A stretch of DNA of 64,000 nucleotides from Candidatus Chisholmbacteria bacterium RIFCSPHIGHO2_01_FULL_52_32. GTDB lineage: Bacteria; Patescibacteriota; Microgenomatia; UBA1400; Chisholmbacteraceae. Of this stretch, positions 46,092 to 55,952 are shown in pieces. Both the position numbers and the translations under genes were made by a program. The stretch is from contig MHCJ01000003.1 in assembly GCA_001816585.1 (NCBI GenBank), positions 11,013-75,012 of the forward strand, in the 5' to 3' direction. Below the pieces are notes generated by a model. That model worked only from the letters and a program-made list of their open reading frames with translations, made no database searches and was not told the origin of the DNA. How positions within the stretch are numbered: the stretch's first letter is position 1; each line of letters begins with the position of its first letter.

Positions 46092-47615
46092 ATGCCGAAA
46101 CGGAGACTTAGGATTTTTATTGTTGCGGCGGAGGTGGCGCCGTTTTCTTCGGTCGGAGGACTTTCGCAGGTCATGTACTTTCTCCCGAAAGCCTTGGCAA
46201 ACTTAGGCCATGAGGTACGCGTCCTGACTCCGAAATACGGAACCTTGGACGAGAAACGTTATCCGCTCTCCGTGGTGTATAAAGGCCTGCGCGTCCCGAC
46301 CGGGGAACGGGAGGGAACCACGGAGCTGGTGTGCAACATCAAAGCTTCCCGAAAAGGGGCCCGGGATCCTCAAGTGCTTTTTCTTGAGAACATGGAGTAT
46401 TACGAACAGCGGAGTAACGTCTACGGCTACAACGATGACCACATTCGCTTTGCCCTCCTTTCCAGGGGGGCAGTTGCGTTTTTACTGAAGGACAAGTGGA
46501 TCCCCGATATCATCCATACGAACGACTGGCATACCGCTTATCTTGTCAACGATCTCCGAACACGTTATGCAGGAGACCCTAAGCTTTCGAAGGTGGCAAC
46601 GCTTCTCTCCATGCACAACCTCCACCAAGGCTGGTTTGATTTTTCCAATGCCTCCGATCTGGATTTTGACGACGGCAAGGGGCCGCTGGCTAGTTTTTTT
46701 TCCGATCGCCTGTTTAAGCAAAATTCCCTCAAAAGAGGGATCATCTACTCCGATGCAGTCAATACGGTTTCGGAGACCTATGCCCGCGAAATCATGACGG
46801 AGGAGTTCGGAGCCGGCCTTGAGAACCTCATTAAAGAGGTGAGAACCAAGGTTTTCGGGATCCTCAACGGGATTGATTACACGGATTTCAATCCCTCAAC
46901 CGATCCGCTCATCAAGAAGAACTTTTCTTTGTCAACCCTTGCGGATCGGGTGGAGAACAAGGTTGACCTCCAGAAAGAGTTTGATTTGACCGTTGATCCT
47001 TCGATTCCGATCCTTTCCATTATGGGGAGGCTTGATACCCAGAAGGGATTGAACTTGGTCATGGATGTGCTTCCGTTTGTCCTTGATGAATACAATGTGC
47101 AGTTCATCGCCATGGGGGGTGGAGACCCCCAGTATCGGGATTTTTTCCTTGACCTTGAGAAGCGGTACCCGAAGCGCGTCGGAACTCACCTGATGCCGAA
47201 TTTCACGCTTCCGAGAAAGATTTTTGCCGGGACCGACTTACTCCTCCTGCCAAGCCGGTGGGAGCCGGGCGGAATCGTGGCGATTGAGGGTATGCGGTAT
47301 GGGGCGGTTCCGCTCGTTAGGACAACCGGGGGCTTGGCGGATTCCGTTTCGGAGTTCGATCTTGTCAGCGGGAAGGGGACCGGGTTTACCTTCGAGCATT
47401 TCCATTCGTTGGCGTTCATGGGGGCGTTGACGCGAGCCCTGGTGCTTTTTTCGCAAGCGAAGCTTTGGAAGAAGCTGGTCCGAAACTGCATGCTGGCGGA
47501 TTTCTCCTGGAAGAAGGCGGCAAAGCGGTACGAGGAGATGTATTTTCGGGCGATTGATTTTCGATCAAAGCAGCTGAAGAAAAACCCGGGCGAAGCGTAT
47601 CAGGTGGAATATTAA
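46092..47615 (+). CDS. glgA: Glycogen/starch synthase (GT5, ADP-glucose type), paralog 1
   Basis: MPKRRLRIFIVAAEVAPFSSVGGLSQVMYFLPKALANLGHEV (K-x-G-G-L motif region). GT-B C-terminal domain. Confidence 0.85.
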   Translation: MPKRRLRIFIVAAEVAPFSSVGGLSQVMYFLPKALANLGHEVRVLTPKYGTLDEKRYPLSVVYKGLRVPTGEREGTTELVCNIKASRKGARDPQVLFLENMEYYEQRSNVYGYNDDHIRFALLSRGAVAFLLKDKWIPDIIHTNDWHTAYLVNDLRTRYAGDPKLSKVATLLSMHNLHQGWFDFSNASDLDFDDGKGPLASFFSDRLFKQNSLKRGIIYSDAVNTVSETYAREIMTEEFGAGLENLIKEVRTKVFGILNGIDYTDFNPSTDPLIKKNFSLSTLADRVENKVDLQKEFDLTVDPSIPILSIMGRLDTQKGLNLVMDVLPFVLDEYNVQFIAMGGGDPQYRDFFLDLEKRYPKRVGTHLMPNFTLPRKIFAGTDLLLLPSRWEPGGIVAIEGMRYGAVPLVRTTGGLADSVSEFDLVSGKGTGFTFEHFHSLAFMGALTRALVLFSQAKLWKKLVRNCMLADFSWKKAAKRYEEMYFRAIDFRSKQLKKNPGEAYQVEY

Positions 47616-47714
47616 AACATAGGGTATAGGGTTTAGGGTATAGGGTTTAAGTGGCATGTGACGTTTTCGTTTTCACTTTTGACTTTTGAGATTTGACTTT
47701 TGCGTATATTACCC

Positions 47715-48863
47715 ATGTATCTAGCTTTGGTTCTTCACATCTATCAGCCGCCGACGCAGTACCCGGAGATGGTGCGGCGGATTACCGAGCAGTCGTATAC
47801 GAAGATTGTTGATTTGCTGGAACGGTTTCCAAAGGCTAAGATTACCCTGAATATTCCCGGTTCGCTGTCAGGACAGTTACTTGAAATGGATTATGAGGCG
47901 CTTTTGGGACGGATCCGGCGTCTTAGTGAGCGTGGGCAAGTGGAGCTGACCGGGACTGCGGCCTATCATCCCATTCTTCCTCATCTTCCCAAGACGGAGA
48001 TCGTCCGCCAAATCAAGATCAACACGAGCATCAATACCTCTTTCTTTGGCAGTTCGTATCAGCCGAGGGGATTCTTTCCTCCTGAGCTTGGGTATAGCAA
48101 GGGTGTTGGGGAGGTGTTGGAAGAGCTTGGTTTTCAGTGGGTTTTGGTTGACGGGACGGCTCTGGCGGACTGGCAGAAGTTTTTAGCGTTTGTTTACGTG
48201 CGGAAGGGGGGAAGGCTTTTTGCATTTCCCCGTGAAGATACCTTGAGTTGGCGGATCGCCTTCGGCAGGCTGAGAACTTTGGTTGGTCTGCGGCGGGCGA
48301 TTGGGAGAGGGGAACTTGCCAAACAACAATACGCGGTAGTGGCAATGGACGGAGAGACGTTCGGACATCATCAGCCTCGGCAGCTTGAATTACTCGAACA
48401 ACTGTTTTCCCGATCGGATACTGACGGCGGAGTTCCGCTGGTTTCCGTTTCGGAGCTGGTTACGCTTTTCTCAAGAAGGAAGGAGGTCGATGTGGCTCTG
48501 TCCACTTGGGGGTACACGGAGTGGGTTGACGGAGAACGGGTGTGGGTTCGTTGGCGGAATCCCCAAAATCCCCTTCACACGCTTCTTAAGAAGTTTCAGG
48601 AGCTTTCCTTTCGGTCCGTCACCGAGAATGATGCCAAATCCAGGCAGATTCTTGACCGGGCGCTGTGTTCGGATACCTTCTGGTGGGCTTCCGGCCGTCC
48701 GTATAAGCATCCCGGGATGGTAGAGCGCGGATCACGCCTTTTTCTGGATGCCATTCTTTCGAGCGAGAGCGCGACCACCTTTCAGAAGCAGGAGGCGAGG
48801 GAGCTTCACCATACAATTTCGCGGATGGGGTATCGGGTACCCGGGAAACGCAAGAGAGGATGA
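47715..48863 (+). CDS. Glycoside hydrolase family 57 protein (alpha-glucan branching/transferase-like), paralog 1
   Basis: N-terminal HIYQPP, AAYHPILPHLP, and the nucleophile region AMDGETFGHHQ match GH57 conserved regions. ATG at 47715. Confidence 0.7.
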   Translation: MYLALVLHIYQPPTQYPEMVRRITEQSYTKIVDLLERFPKAKITLNIPGSLSGQLLEMDYEALLGRIRRLSERGQVELTGTAAYHPILPHLPKTEIVRQIKINTSINTSFFGSSYQPRGFFPPELGYSKGVGEVLEELGFQWVLVDGTALADWQKFLAFVYVRKGGRLFAFPREDTLSWRIAFGRLRTLVGLRRAIGRGELAKQQYAVVAMDGETFGHHQPRQLELLEQLFSRSDTDGGVPLVSVSELVTLFSRRKEVDVALSTWGYTEWVDGERVWVRWRNPQNPLHTLLKKFQELSFRSVTENDAKSRQILDRALCSDTFWWASGRPYKHPGMVERGSRLFLDAILSSESATTFQKQEARELHHTISRMGYRVPGKRKRG

Positions 48864-49046
48864 GGGAGGAAAATATGAATTACGAATTATGAGTTATGAA
48901 TTATGAATTATGAATAAAGCACTAAAGGAATAGAGAGAGGGAAGAGGGCGATTTGGAATTTACGATTCAACATTGATAATTGATGAATTTTTGGCTAACG
49001 GATGCTATATGCTTAATTCTTGATTCATTATTCTTGATTCTCTCCT

Positions 49047-50384
49047 ATGCTTTGGGCAAACTTCATGCACATCTACCAGCCTCCGGATCAAAAGCGGTTC
49101 ATCATAGATGCAGTGGTGCGCGAAGCCTATCGGCCGATTATCTCCATTTTGATGGATAATCCTCAGGCGCGGATAACGATGTCGATCGTCGGTTTATTGC
49201 TTAAGAAGCTTGATACCGAGGGGTATCGGGATGTGATTGATGGATTGAAAACTCTGGTTTCGCGTGGGCAGATCGAACTTACCGCAGGAACGATGTACCA
49301 TCCCTTTCTGCCGAAACTACCTGATAGTGAAATAGTCCGTCAAATCAATCTGAATAACGAGAGTCAGCACTTTTACTTCGGGAGTGCTTATCAGCCGCAG
49401 GGATTCTATAGCCCAGAGGCGGGGTACAGTTACCGGGTGATGGAGATTGCGCATTCGTTCGGATACCGATGGACGATTGTCGATGAGATTGCGTACTCCG
49501 GATTCTTAAGCCGGAGAGGGTATGATTTCCAGCACACTCCGGGGTTTTACAGCGGCGGATTGGACCTCGAGCGGATCGTCGGAACAGTCAGCGGAGCGGG
49601 GAAGGGGAAAACGGAGAAGCGGCGGTTTGTCGATTACAGCAAGCTCTATAGCATTCGGGGACTTCATGGCTTTTTGGTCAATTTCCGGGAACGGGTGATC
49701 TCCGATGCTTTAGCTTCAGGGCAAATCACGACTCCGGAACAATTTCTTGAGGTGCTTAAACCCGAAATGACAAAAAAGCGGTATCTTTTAACCGGCACGG
49801 ATGGGGAAGCGTACGGGCATCACCAGAAGGGATTGGATCATGTTTTAGGACAGCTCTACTGGCGGAAAGCTTTGGAGACGGTCACGATTTCCGAGCTTCC
49901 GCAGCATTTCCCGGTTGCTGAGGAGGTGGAGCCGATACCCTCGACTTGGGGGACGAGTGAGGAGGAGGTTGCGGCTCGCAACTACTATGCCCGATGGCAC
50001 CACATTGACAACGAACTTCACGATAAGCAGTGGGCGCTCACCGATTTGGCGATCCATGCAGTCACTTCTGGTACGGCGAAGCGGAAGACGGTTTCAGCCG
50101 AGGCACGGAAGATGCTTGATGAGGCGCTGTACTCATGTCACTACTGGTGGGCGTCGGCGCGGCCTTGGTGGTCGATAGAGCTTATCGAGCGGGGGGCACG
50201 AAGCCTAGCGGACGTCGTTGCGGTCGCAGAGGGGTACACGGGAGGGATTCGGGAGGTGGAAAAAAAGAAGGAAGACAAAGGGCGAGCGGGAAAGGCCCTA
50301 CGGCTGTATCAGGACATCGTCTTCACCGCGTTTGATTGGCTGAGGACGGAGAAGGTGTGGGACCTCTCCCATCTCCACAAGTGA
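49047..50384 (+). CDS. Glycoside hydrolase family 57 protein, paralog 2
   Basis: MHIYQPP, TMYHPFLPKLP, GTDGEAYGHHQ. Collinear with 47715..48863. Confidence 0.7.
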   Translation: MLWANFMHIYQPPDQKRFIIDAVVREAYRPIISILMDNPQARITMSIVGLLLKKLDTEGYRDVIDGLKTLVSRGQIELTAGTMYHPFLPKLPDSEIVRQINLNNESQHFYFGSAYQPQGFYSPEAGYSYRVMEIAHSFGYRWTIVDEIAYSGFLSRRGYDFQHTPGFYSGGLDLERIVGTVSGAGKGKTEKRRFVDYSKLYSIRGLHGFLVNFRERVISDALASGQITTPEQFLEVLKPEMTKKRYLLTGTDGEAYGHHQKGLDHVLGQLYWRKALETVTISELPQHFPVAEEVEPIPSTWGTSEEEVAARNYYARWHHIDNELHDKQWALTDLAIHAVTSGTAKRKTVSAEARKMLDEALYSCHYWWASARPWWSIELIERGARSLADVVAVAEGYTGGIREVEKKKEDKGRAGKALRLYQDIVFTAFDWLRTEKVWDLSHLHK

Positions 50385-50404
50385 GCTTGAGGTTCTTTTT
50401 CCTA

Positions 50405-51145
50405 TCAGTCAACCGAGATTAATCCACGTGCTTGTGAGATCAAACGGGCGACGCTCGCATATTGAGACAGCTTATCATCGGGAATCAACTGACGAAGAGT
50501 CACGGCTTCTTGGGCTAACTGTTGGAGAGGGGGGTCTTCTCTTTTCTGCTTTGATCCTTGATTAAAGTATGTGTTGAGAAGATTCAGCGGAACGATACGA
50601 AGGAGACGTGGGACGTGTTGTATTCCGGTTTGGAAGCTATGTTCAAGTTCATCGATGAGTGTGACGCTCATTCCCTGAGTGATTTCTTTTTTTATGGTCG
50701 ACAATTGGGGGTTTTCGGCGGAAGTTTGTGTCGTTGAGAATTCGTTGGCCGTGCCTCTAGACGGAAAGAGCAAGCTGAAAACAGCTACAGTGTCTGGATG
50801 AATTACGATATGGTTGTTGATCGTGTCGTAGTGACCGCTCTGGAAGCCAAATTTTCTGAGTATCGAATTGTCGGAAACAGCCACTATATCTTCGAGTACT
50901 CCCTCATCGCTATCGAGATTGTAGGCCAGGGGAAGAAAACGGCGAGATACATATTCCCTTTCGCCAAGAACCAAGCCACCACGAATGATAATCCGATCGA
51001 GTCTCGACTGTCGACCCTGACCTAGCTCTGACATGAGCTGCGCCATAGCCTGGGGCTGAAATTCAAGGTCGAACCACTGGGGCGGATATTTCTCGTCGTG
51101 AAGCACTTCCGGAATCGTGAATGGAGTTGGGGCTTCAGGAGTCAT
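50405..51145 (-). CDS. Hypothetical protein (first gene of the REP-flanked cassette)
   Basis: 246 aa, ATG start, no recognisable motif. Confidence 0.35.
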   Translation of the reverse strand: MTPEAPTPFTIPEVLHDEKYPPQWFDLEFQPQAMAQLMSELGQGRQSRLDRIIIRGGLVLGEREYVSRRFLPLAYNLDSDEGVLEDIVAVSDNSILRKFGFQSGHYDTINNHIVIHPDTVAVFSLLFPSRGTANEFSTTQTSAENPQLSTIKKEITQGMSVTLIDELEHSFQTGIQHVPRLLRIVPLNLLNTYFNQGSKQKREDPPLQQLAQEAVTLRQLIPDDKLSQYASVARLISQARGLISVD

Positions 51146-51180
51146 AGATTACCTTTAAGGGAGTCTCCTTTAAAGGTGGG
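51146..51180. repeat. REP variant with a shared GGTGGGTTAGCCGC tail (left copy flanking gene 51181..51810)
   Basis: cctttaagggagtctcctttaaaggtgggttagccgc. The same tail follows the REP at 51815-51858. Confidence 0.7.
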
Positions 51181-51810
51181 TTAGCCGCTGATGTAGCGGG
51201 CGTGGTTTCTGACATTGGGTTCCAGAAGCGCATTGGCCTTTCGAATCTCTTGGCAGACGGTCTCTACAGGTTTATTCTCTGCGTCGATGAGGATTTGTGT
51301 ACGGAAGCGGTTCCATCCGCCATCGCCAACATAAACAAAGAAACGAGGGAGAGTAAGCGACTCAAGTTTGAACTGTGGCTCTCCCCAGGCTTGAATGTAG
51401 ATGTCTGGCCGGAGTGACCCGGTGAATCGTTGGACAGTTTGGTCGTATCTCTTGACGAGGTAGACCGCAAATTGAAGGGCGACATTTGGTGTCCAGTCGC
51501 GGCGGGTAATTTTCCCAGGTCTGGCAAAAGACATGTCATAATCATAAGATCTACTGACCGGGTAAACTGATTCTTCTGAATGAAGTACGTTGAGAAGGTA
51601 GGCATATGCCATGTCGGGCGGTCCTGGGTTGGGACGCATATTCTCAGGATATTCGATTTTTTTGGAGACTAGAGCGAGTGGCTCGGATCCGAAACGGGCG
51701 TAGAAATCCTGGGCAAAGCAAGAGAACACACTTTTAAGGAATGGGTCGTATTCAGCCCGTGAGCGTTCAATGGTGTTGCGGAGTTGGTTTCGTTCGGCGG
51801 GAGTAGTCAT
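51181..51810 (-). CDS. Hypothetical protein bracketed by direct REP copies
   Basis: 209 aa, ATG start. Direct repeats ...AAGGTGGGTTAGCCGC sit immediately at both ends. Confidence 0.35.
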   Translation of the reverse strand: MTTPAERNQLRNTIERSRAEYDPFLKSVFSCFAQDFYARFGSEPLALVSKKIEYPENMRPNPGPPDMAYAYLLNVLHSEESVYPVSRSYDYDMSFARPGKITRRDWTPNVALQFAVYLVKRYDQTVQRFTGSLRPDIYIQAWGEPQFKLESLTLPRFFVYVGDGGWNRFRTQILIDAENKPVETVCQEIRKANALLEPNVRNHARYISG

Positions 51811-51814
51811 GTCA

Positions 51815-51858
51815 GAGTTATCGACCTTGAAAGGTTCGACCTTACAAGGTGGGTTAGC
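51815..51858. repeat. REP palindrome with the GGTGGGTTAGCCGC tail (right copy)
   Basis: gaccttgaaaggttcgaccttacaaggtgggttagccgcggg. Confidence 0.7.
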
Positions 51859-51998
51859 CGCGGGCGCGGGTGATGGCCGCCCCGCACAACTCCTGCCTGA
51901 TCTACGGCGTACCGCCTGTACTCTAAGGCACGTCGTATGCGGGGCAGGCTCGAGAATTTGTCAGATCTTGCCATCGCGAATCCTGCGCGGTAATCGGA

Positions 51999-52625
51999 TT
52001 ATCCTCGAGCTCTTGTAATTGCCGCGATGATGAGGATGATGACGAAGAGGACGACAGCCACAATGACGCCGGCTCGGCGTACTCCGGAGAAGAACCCGCC
52101 TGTTTGGGGAGCGATGGTTGGGCTGGCTTCCGGCTGTTCGACAATCTCTCCGAAGCTTTGGGCTGGGGTAGTTCTGGCTGTCGGCGCGGTCGGTTGGGGA
52201 GTTCCCTCGAGGAAACGGATGGATTGGACTGCCCCTTGCATGACGATATCAGCAGAAGGGGTCCTGGCCCGGTTGCCGCGTTCCCTGGTGACAAGGAGGC
52301 TTGAGAAAGCGGTCTTCGTCTTGAACTGCGCTTTTCCGACCCCAAGGTCACCGAGTTTGGCTGCATTTCCGCCGGTGGTCGGATTAGTCCAGAGCGTATA
52401 GGTGAATTCCTCTGGAGTCGCAGGGTAGATCAGGTCACGACAGCTGACGACGACCTGGTAGTTGTAGTCGGGCATGAGTACCGAGGCGGCAAAGCAGCGG
52501 GCGGCTTGGCCCGTGGTCGAACGAAGCTCGGCGGTACCTTCAGAGGCATGCACGGCACGCGCTCCAGAAAGGAACAGCGCTGCGGCTACAAAAAAAGCGG
52601 CGGACAGAAGCCGTAATGATTTCAT
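51999..52625 (-). CDS. Secreted protein with a C-terminal TM anchor (hypothetical)
   Basis: Signal peptide MKSLRLLSAAFFVAAALFLSGARAVHA. C-terminal AGVIVAVVLFVIILIIAAIT. Confidence 0.4.
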   Translation of the reverse strand: MKSLRLLSAAFFVAAALFLSGARAVHASEGTAELRSTTGQAARCFAASVLMPDYNYQVVVSCRDLIYPATPEEFTYTLWTNPTTGGNAAKLGDLGVGKAQFKTKTAFSSLLVTRERGNRARTPSADIVMQGAVQSIRFLEGTPQPTAPTARTTPAQSFGEIVEQPEASPTIAPQTGGFFSGVRRAGVIVAVVLFVIILIIAAITRARG

Positions 52626-52734
52626 ACAAGAGTATTATAGGGTATATTTTAAAAAATGCAAGTACCAGAGCGATGTCTGACTTCTAATGGTGAGTGGGAA
52701 TGGTTCTTATCGAAGGCAGTTTACGGTCGGACCA

Positions 52735-53208
52735 TCATTGGAGGATCCTTAGCCTGCCTTTTGCCCACTGCTGAACTTGGGCAAGTGAATCTTCTGGTCG
52801 GATACCGACGATTGAGAAGAGGATGACAACTTCCTTCCCTTCGCTTTCGGATTCGCCAAAGCCGAGGACAATCTTGGGTAAAGACTGTTTAACGACATGG
52901 GCTTCCATCATGGTTCGTAGCTCAAGATCTTTCTCTACCGGTAACAACTTTACCCTCTCGGGGACATCCAAACTGAGGATTTTTTCGTAGATCGTTCGGA
53001 TCTCTTGGGTTTTATGCAACTGTATCAAAGCATAGAATTCTCCCAGAGGACTCGTTGCGGGAAAGACGCCGACAAGTGTATTAATCTCTGAGGGAACATC
53101 GATCAGACCTCTGAGTACGAAGTTATTCACTCCCTGTTCGGGTGTAAGGCGGGAGAATCGATCGATACTTTCATAGAGAAGGTGGGGAAAGGGTACTTCG
53201 GCTGGCAT
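52735..53208 (-). CDS. Hypothetical protein
   Basis: 157 aa, ATG start. Confidence 0.35.
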   Translation of the reverse strand: MPAEVPFPHLLYESIDRFSRLTPEQGVNNFVLRGLIDVPSEINTLVGVFPATSPLGEFYALIQLHKTQEIRTIYEKILSLDVPERVKLLPVEKDLELRTMMEAHVVKQSLPKIVLGFGESESEGKEVVILFSIVGIRPEDSLAQVQQWAKGRLRILQ

Positions 53209-53345
53209 ACGATCATATTATAGGCTTTCCTGCCGAGGAGTCAAATGCGGTTCTTGGGTAGTATAGGGAATATGATCTATCTTATCCTTGAGACCAAGAT
53301 TTTAGGGCGGCTCAGCGCGCAGGTCCTGAAGTATTGACGGAGGGA

Positions 53346-53768
53346 TTAGGTCGGCTGAACTTCGGTTGGTGCGCTTTCCCGGGAGGCGAAGTAGGCTTGG
53401 ATGCCAGACAGAATTTGGTCCCCGATAATTTCAAGTGGTTTAAGGCCCCTTTCGTGTTGGCCGATGAGGTTAATGGTTGTGTTCTGGAGTTCCTGTCCGC
53501 GCTTTCTTTTTTCCTGGGCTTTGCGGTGGGAAGAGGTGATGCCAAAGGGAACGATCCCCGCGGCGGTTTCCACCAGATAATGGATGCCTTTGCTACGTTC
53601 TTCGGGTGACGCGGTTTCCCACCAGAGGATTTGTCCAAAATCTTCAAGGAGTGCCAGGGCTGACTCGAATTGACGCTCGTATTGGGTCCTTTTTCTCCTA
53701 TCCTGAATTGCTTCTCGGTTTACTTGACTTAGCCTATCAGTCTGGTGGTTCGGCGCTTCTGCTGACAT
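53346..53768 (-). CDS. Hypothetical protein
   Basis: 140 aa, ATG start. Confidence 0.35.
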   Translation of the reverse strand: MSAEAPNHQTDRLSQVNREAIQDRRKRTQYERQFESALALLEDFGQILWWETASPEERSKGIHYLVETAAGIVPFGITSSHRKAQEKRKRGQELQNTTINLIGQHERGLKPLEIIGDQILSGIQAYFASRESAPTEVQPT

Positions 53769-53817
53769 CGATCAGCGTGATTGTATCATAGAGGATTTTT
53801 CGGAGTCCATGAGGAGG

Positions 53818-53859
53818 TTTCTTGATTTTGGTTGGGAAAATTGTAGAATTGCGGGCAAG
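53818..53859 (+). promoter_or_regulatory. Conserved promoter/5' region, copy 1 (TTGATT-17-TAGAAT then TGCGGGCAAG ATG)
   Basis: cttgattttggttgggaaaattgtagaattgcgggcaagATG. Near-identical blocks precede the ATGs at 54755 and 55953. Confidence 0.5.
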
Positions 53860-54636
53860 ATGGGTGATCTTGAGGAGGCTAAACAAAGATATCTTGCAAG
53901 GAAGCAGGCCGAAGAAGCTGAGCAGCGAGCTGTGGAGACAGAGAGGAAAGCGGCTCTGGATTTGAAGTCCACGCAAGTGGCTGAGGAGTGGCGTCACCAT
54001 GAAGCAACATTCAAGGATCAGATTCTTCCAGCTCTTGTAGGTATTGAAGATGATTTCTGGAAGAATCATCTTTCTCCTCAAGTATTGGGTCTCTTTGATG
54101 ATGCGGCTAAAGAAATTGCAAGGAGAGAGCAAATAGCAATGAATAGGAGGATATATTTTGATCATGGAGTTGATCTCAGGGTGGAGCGAGCTCCTGATGT
54201 TACAACTGCTTACCAACGATATAAGCGTGACATGACATTGTTAGGACATTACTTGTACGGAAATTATGAGTTCAAAGAAAGACTTGATCTGAAGCATTTG
54301 ATCTCACTTTGGGAAAGTGGTGAGCTTATGCATCTCCCGGTTACCATGCTGGTTAGCTTTGGGAAAGTAGGGAGGCCGATACCCCCAACTATCGATATAG
54401 TCGGTGGGGGCTCAACATTTGAGGTAAGTTTTAGGGTTGAAAGGGATGGGGTTGTTCGTTGGGGTTGGGGAGATCTTTCTGATGAGTTAGGGGAGAGGAA
54501 GTTTCAGGAGTATAACGGAGATTTCCATACGCTCGCCGACCAATTGTGGGCTGGTATTGAAAAACGGATTTATATGAAAACATATAATATTCGAGGAGGA
54601 GTAGCACGTGATGGTGATGAGCAGGGATGGGCATGA
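53860..54636 (+). CDS. Hypothetical protein, paralog A of a three-member tandem family
   Basis: Starts MGDLEEAKQRYLARKQAEEAEQRA (charged coiled-coil-like) and shares the motif IEDDFWKNHLSP with paralogs B and C. The track ORF begins at an upstream TTG (53809), before the promoter. Confidence 0.45.
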   Translation: MGDLEEAKQRYLARKQAEEAEQRAVETERKAALDLKSTQVAEEWRHHEATFKDQILPALVGIEDDFWKNHLSPQVLGLFDDAAKEIARREQIAMNRRIYFDHGVDLRVERAPDVTTAYQRYKRDMTLLGHYLYGNYEFKERLDLKHLISLWESGELMHLPVTMLVSFGKVGRPIPPTIDIVGGGSTFEVSFRVERDGVVRWGWGDLSDELGERKFQEYNGDFHTLADQLWAGIEKRIYMKTYNIRGGVARDGDEQGWA

Positions 54637-54699
54637 GTGCGGGTTATGGGTCCCAAGGTGACCACGGTTCAGGAGCGGATAAGGGATGATGAAGATTGT

Positions 54700-54754
54700 C
54701 TAAAGATAGAGGTTTGTTGATTTTAGTGCAGAAAATTGTAGAATTGCGGGCAAA
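54700..54754 (+). promoter_or_regulatory. Conserved promoter/5' region, copy 2
   Basis: ttgattttagtgcagaaaattgtagaattgcgggcaaaATG, preceded by the conserved ggataagggatgatgaagattgtctaaagatag. Confidence 0.5.
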
Positions 54755-55888
54755 ATGGCTTGGAATCAAGAATCAGAGAGAATGAGGGTCAGGGAGAGAG
54801 AGGTTGATGAGGTCTTAATTACTCACACCGTCGAGCACGTAGTCCGGCTGACTACAGGAGCTGAGTCTGTTGATCCAATATCACGATGGGATGTTCTTCA
54901 GGAACTTGTGATTCCTATCCTAGAGCTTGATTATTGGAGAAGAAACATCACTCCAGAGATTGAAGTCTTACTTCGAAATAATGCGCTTGATCTTCAGGCC
55001 AGAGAGCGCCGTAAGTATGGAGAGACGCTGGAACTCTTGCCTCGATATTTTTCAGCAACAGCGACGGTCCTAGATGAGAGAGACAAAGTAACACTTTTAT
55101 CACGGCTTCAAAATCCCTACCGAGATATGAACCCCTCACAAATAGTTGATTTGTTATCACGAAAGAGAGGATGGGTAATGGAACAATTGGATGAGATGTT
55201 TACTGTCGGGAGAGGGTTTGTTTTTTCTCATGAGAGGTTGCTGGAAGGATTACCGCCCGAAGAATTGCCAGGAACAAGGAGGGTTTGGTGTGTAGGAGTT
55301 CAAGCTGTTGGCGACAGGATGAAAGCCTTTATAGGAAGTGAGGAGACTGACTTTAACCGTCACGTTGCGGCAAATAAAAAATGGGATAGCGCTGGTCTTT
55401 CACGGTGGTTTTCGGAGCATATTCAATCTGGAAAAAAGGGGCATACTTTTTTCCCACTTCAGTGGGATGAAATATATCGAGGAGGCTGGTATTGGAATAT
55501 TGATCAGCCCTCTATTAATAAACCAGTCGAGTTCATAGCAGCGATCTCCCATATAGGATCGTTTTCAGAACTTCTTGTACTTCTTGCAGAGAAAGACAGG
55601 TTTATCACCAAGCCAAAGGTGGTTGTTGTCAAGCCTGAAGAGCAAGAAGCGAAGCAGACACTCACGCAAACTATCTATACCCCAGAATTTGGTCTATCGG
55701 AACCGCCACTCATTTCAGATCCAAGGTTGGCTTTAAATCCTCGAGCACAGATGTTGGCGGCACAAGGGTTTCCGGAATGGAAGATACGGGCAATGTTTGA
55801 TGAGGAGGAGATGGAAATGCGTAAGCGTTCTAGTGGAGATCGCTATCTCCGAGGAGGAGATCACGCGTCGGGAGCGGATAGGGGATGA
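54755..55888 (+). CDS. Hypothetical protein, paralog B
   Basis: 377 aa. Shares LELDYWRRNITP with A and C. Ends ...GADRG, followed by the conserved GATAGGGGATGATGAAGATT block. Confidence 0.45.
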   Translation: MAWNQESERMRVREREVDEVLITHTVEHVVRLTTGAESVDPISRWDVLQELVIPILELDYWRRNITPEIEVLLRNNALDLQARERRKYGETLELLPRYFSATATVLDERDKVTLLSRLQNPYRDMNPSQIVDLLSRKRGWVMEQLDEMFTVGRGFVFSHERLLEGLPPEELPGTRRVWCVGVQAVGDRMKAFIGSEETDFNRHVAANKKWDSAGLSRWFSEHIQSGKKGHTFFPLQWDEIYRGGWYWNIDQPSINKPVEFIAAISHIGSFSELLVLLAEKDRFITKPKVVVVKPEEQEAKQTLTQTIYTPEFGLSEPPLISDPRLALNPRAQMLAAQGFPEWKIRAMFDEEEMEMRKRSSGDRYLRGGDHASGADRG

Positions 55889-55899
55889 TGAAGATTCTT

Positions 55900-55952
55900 T
55901 AAGATAGGGATCTCTTGACTTTAAACAAAGGAAATGTAGAATTGCGGGCAAT
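55900..55952 (+). promoter_or_regulatory. Conserved promoter/5' region, copy 3 (TTGACT-17-TAGAAT)
   Basis: cttgactttaaacaaaggaaatgtagaattgcgggcaatATG. Confidence 0.5.
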
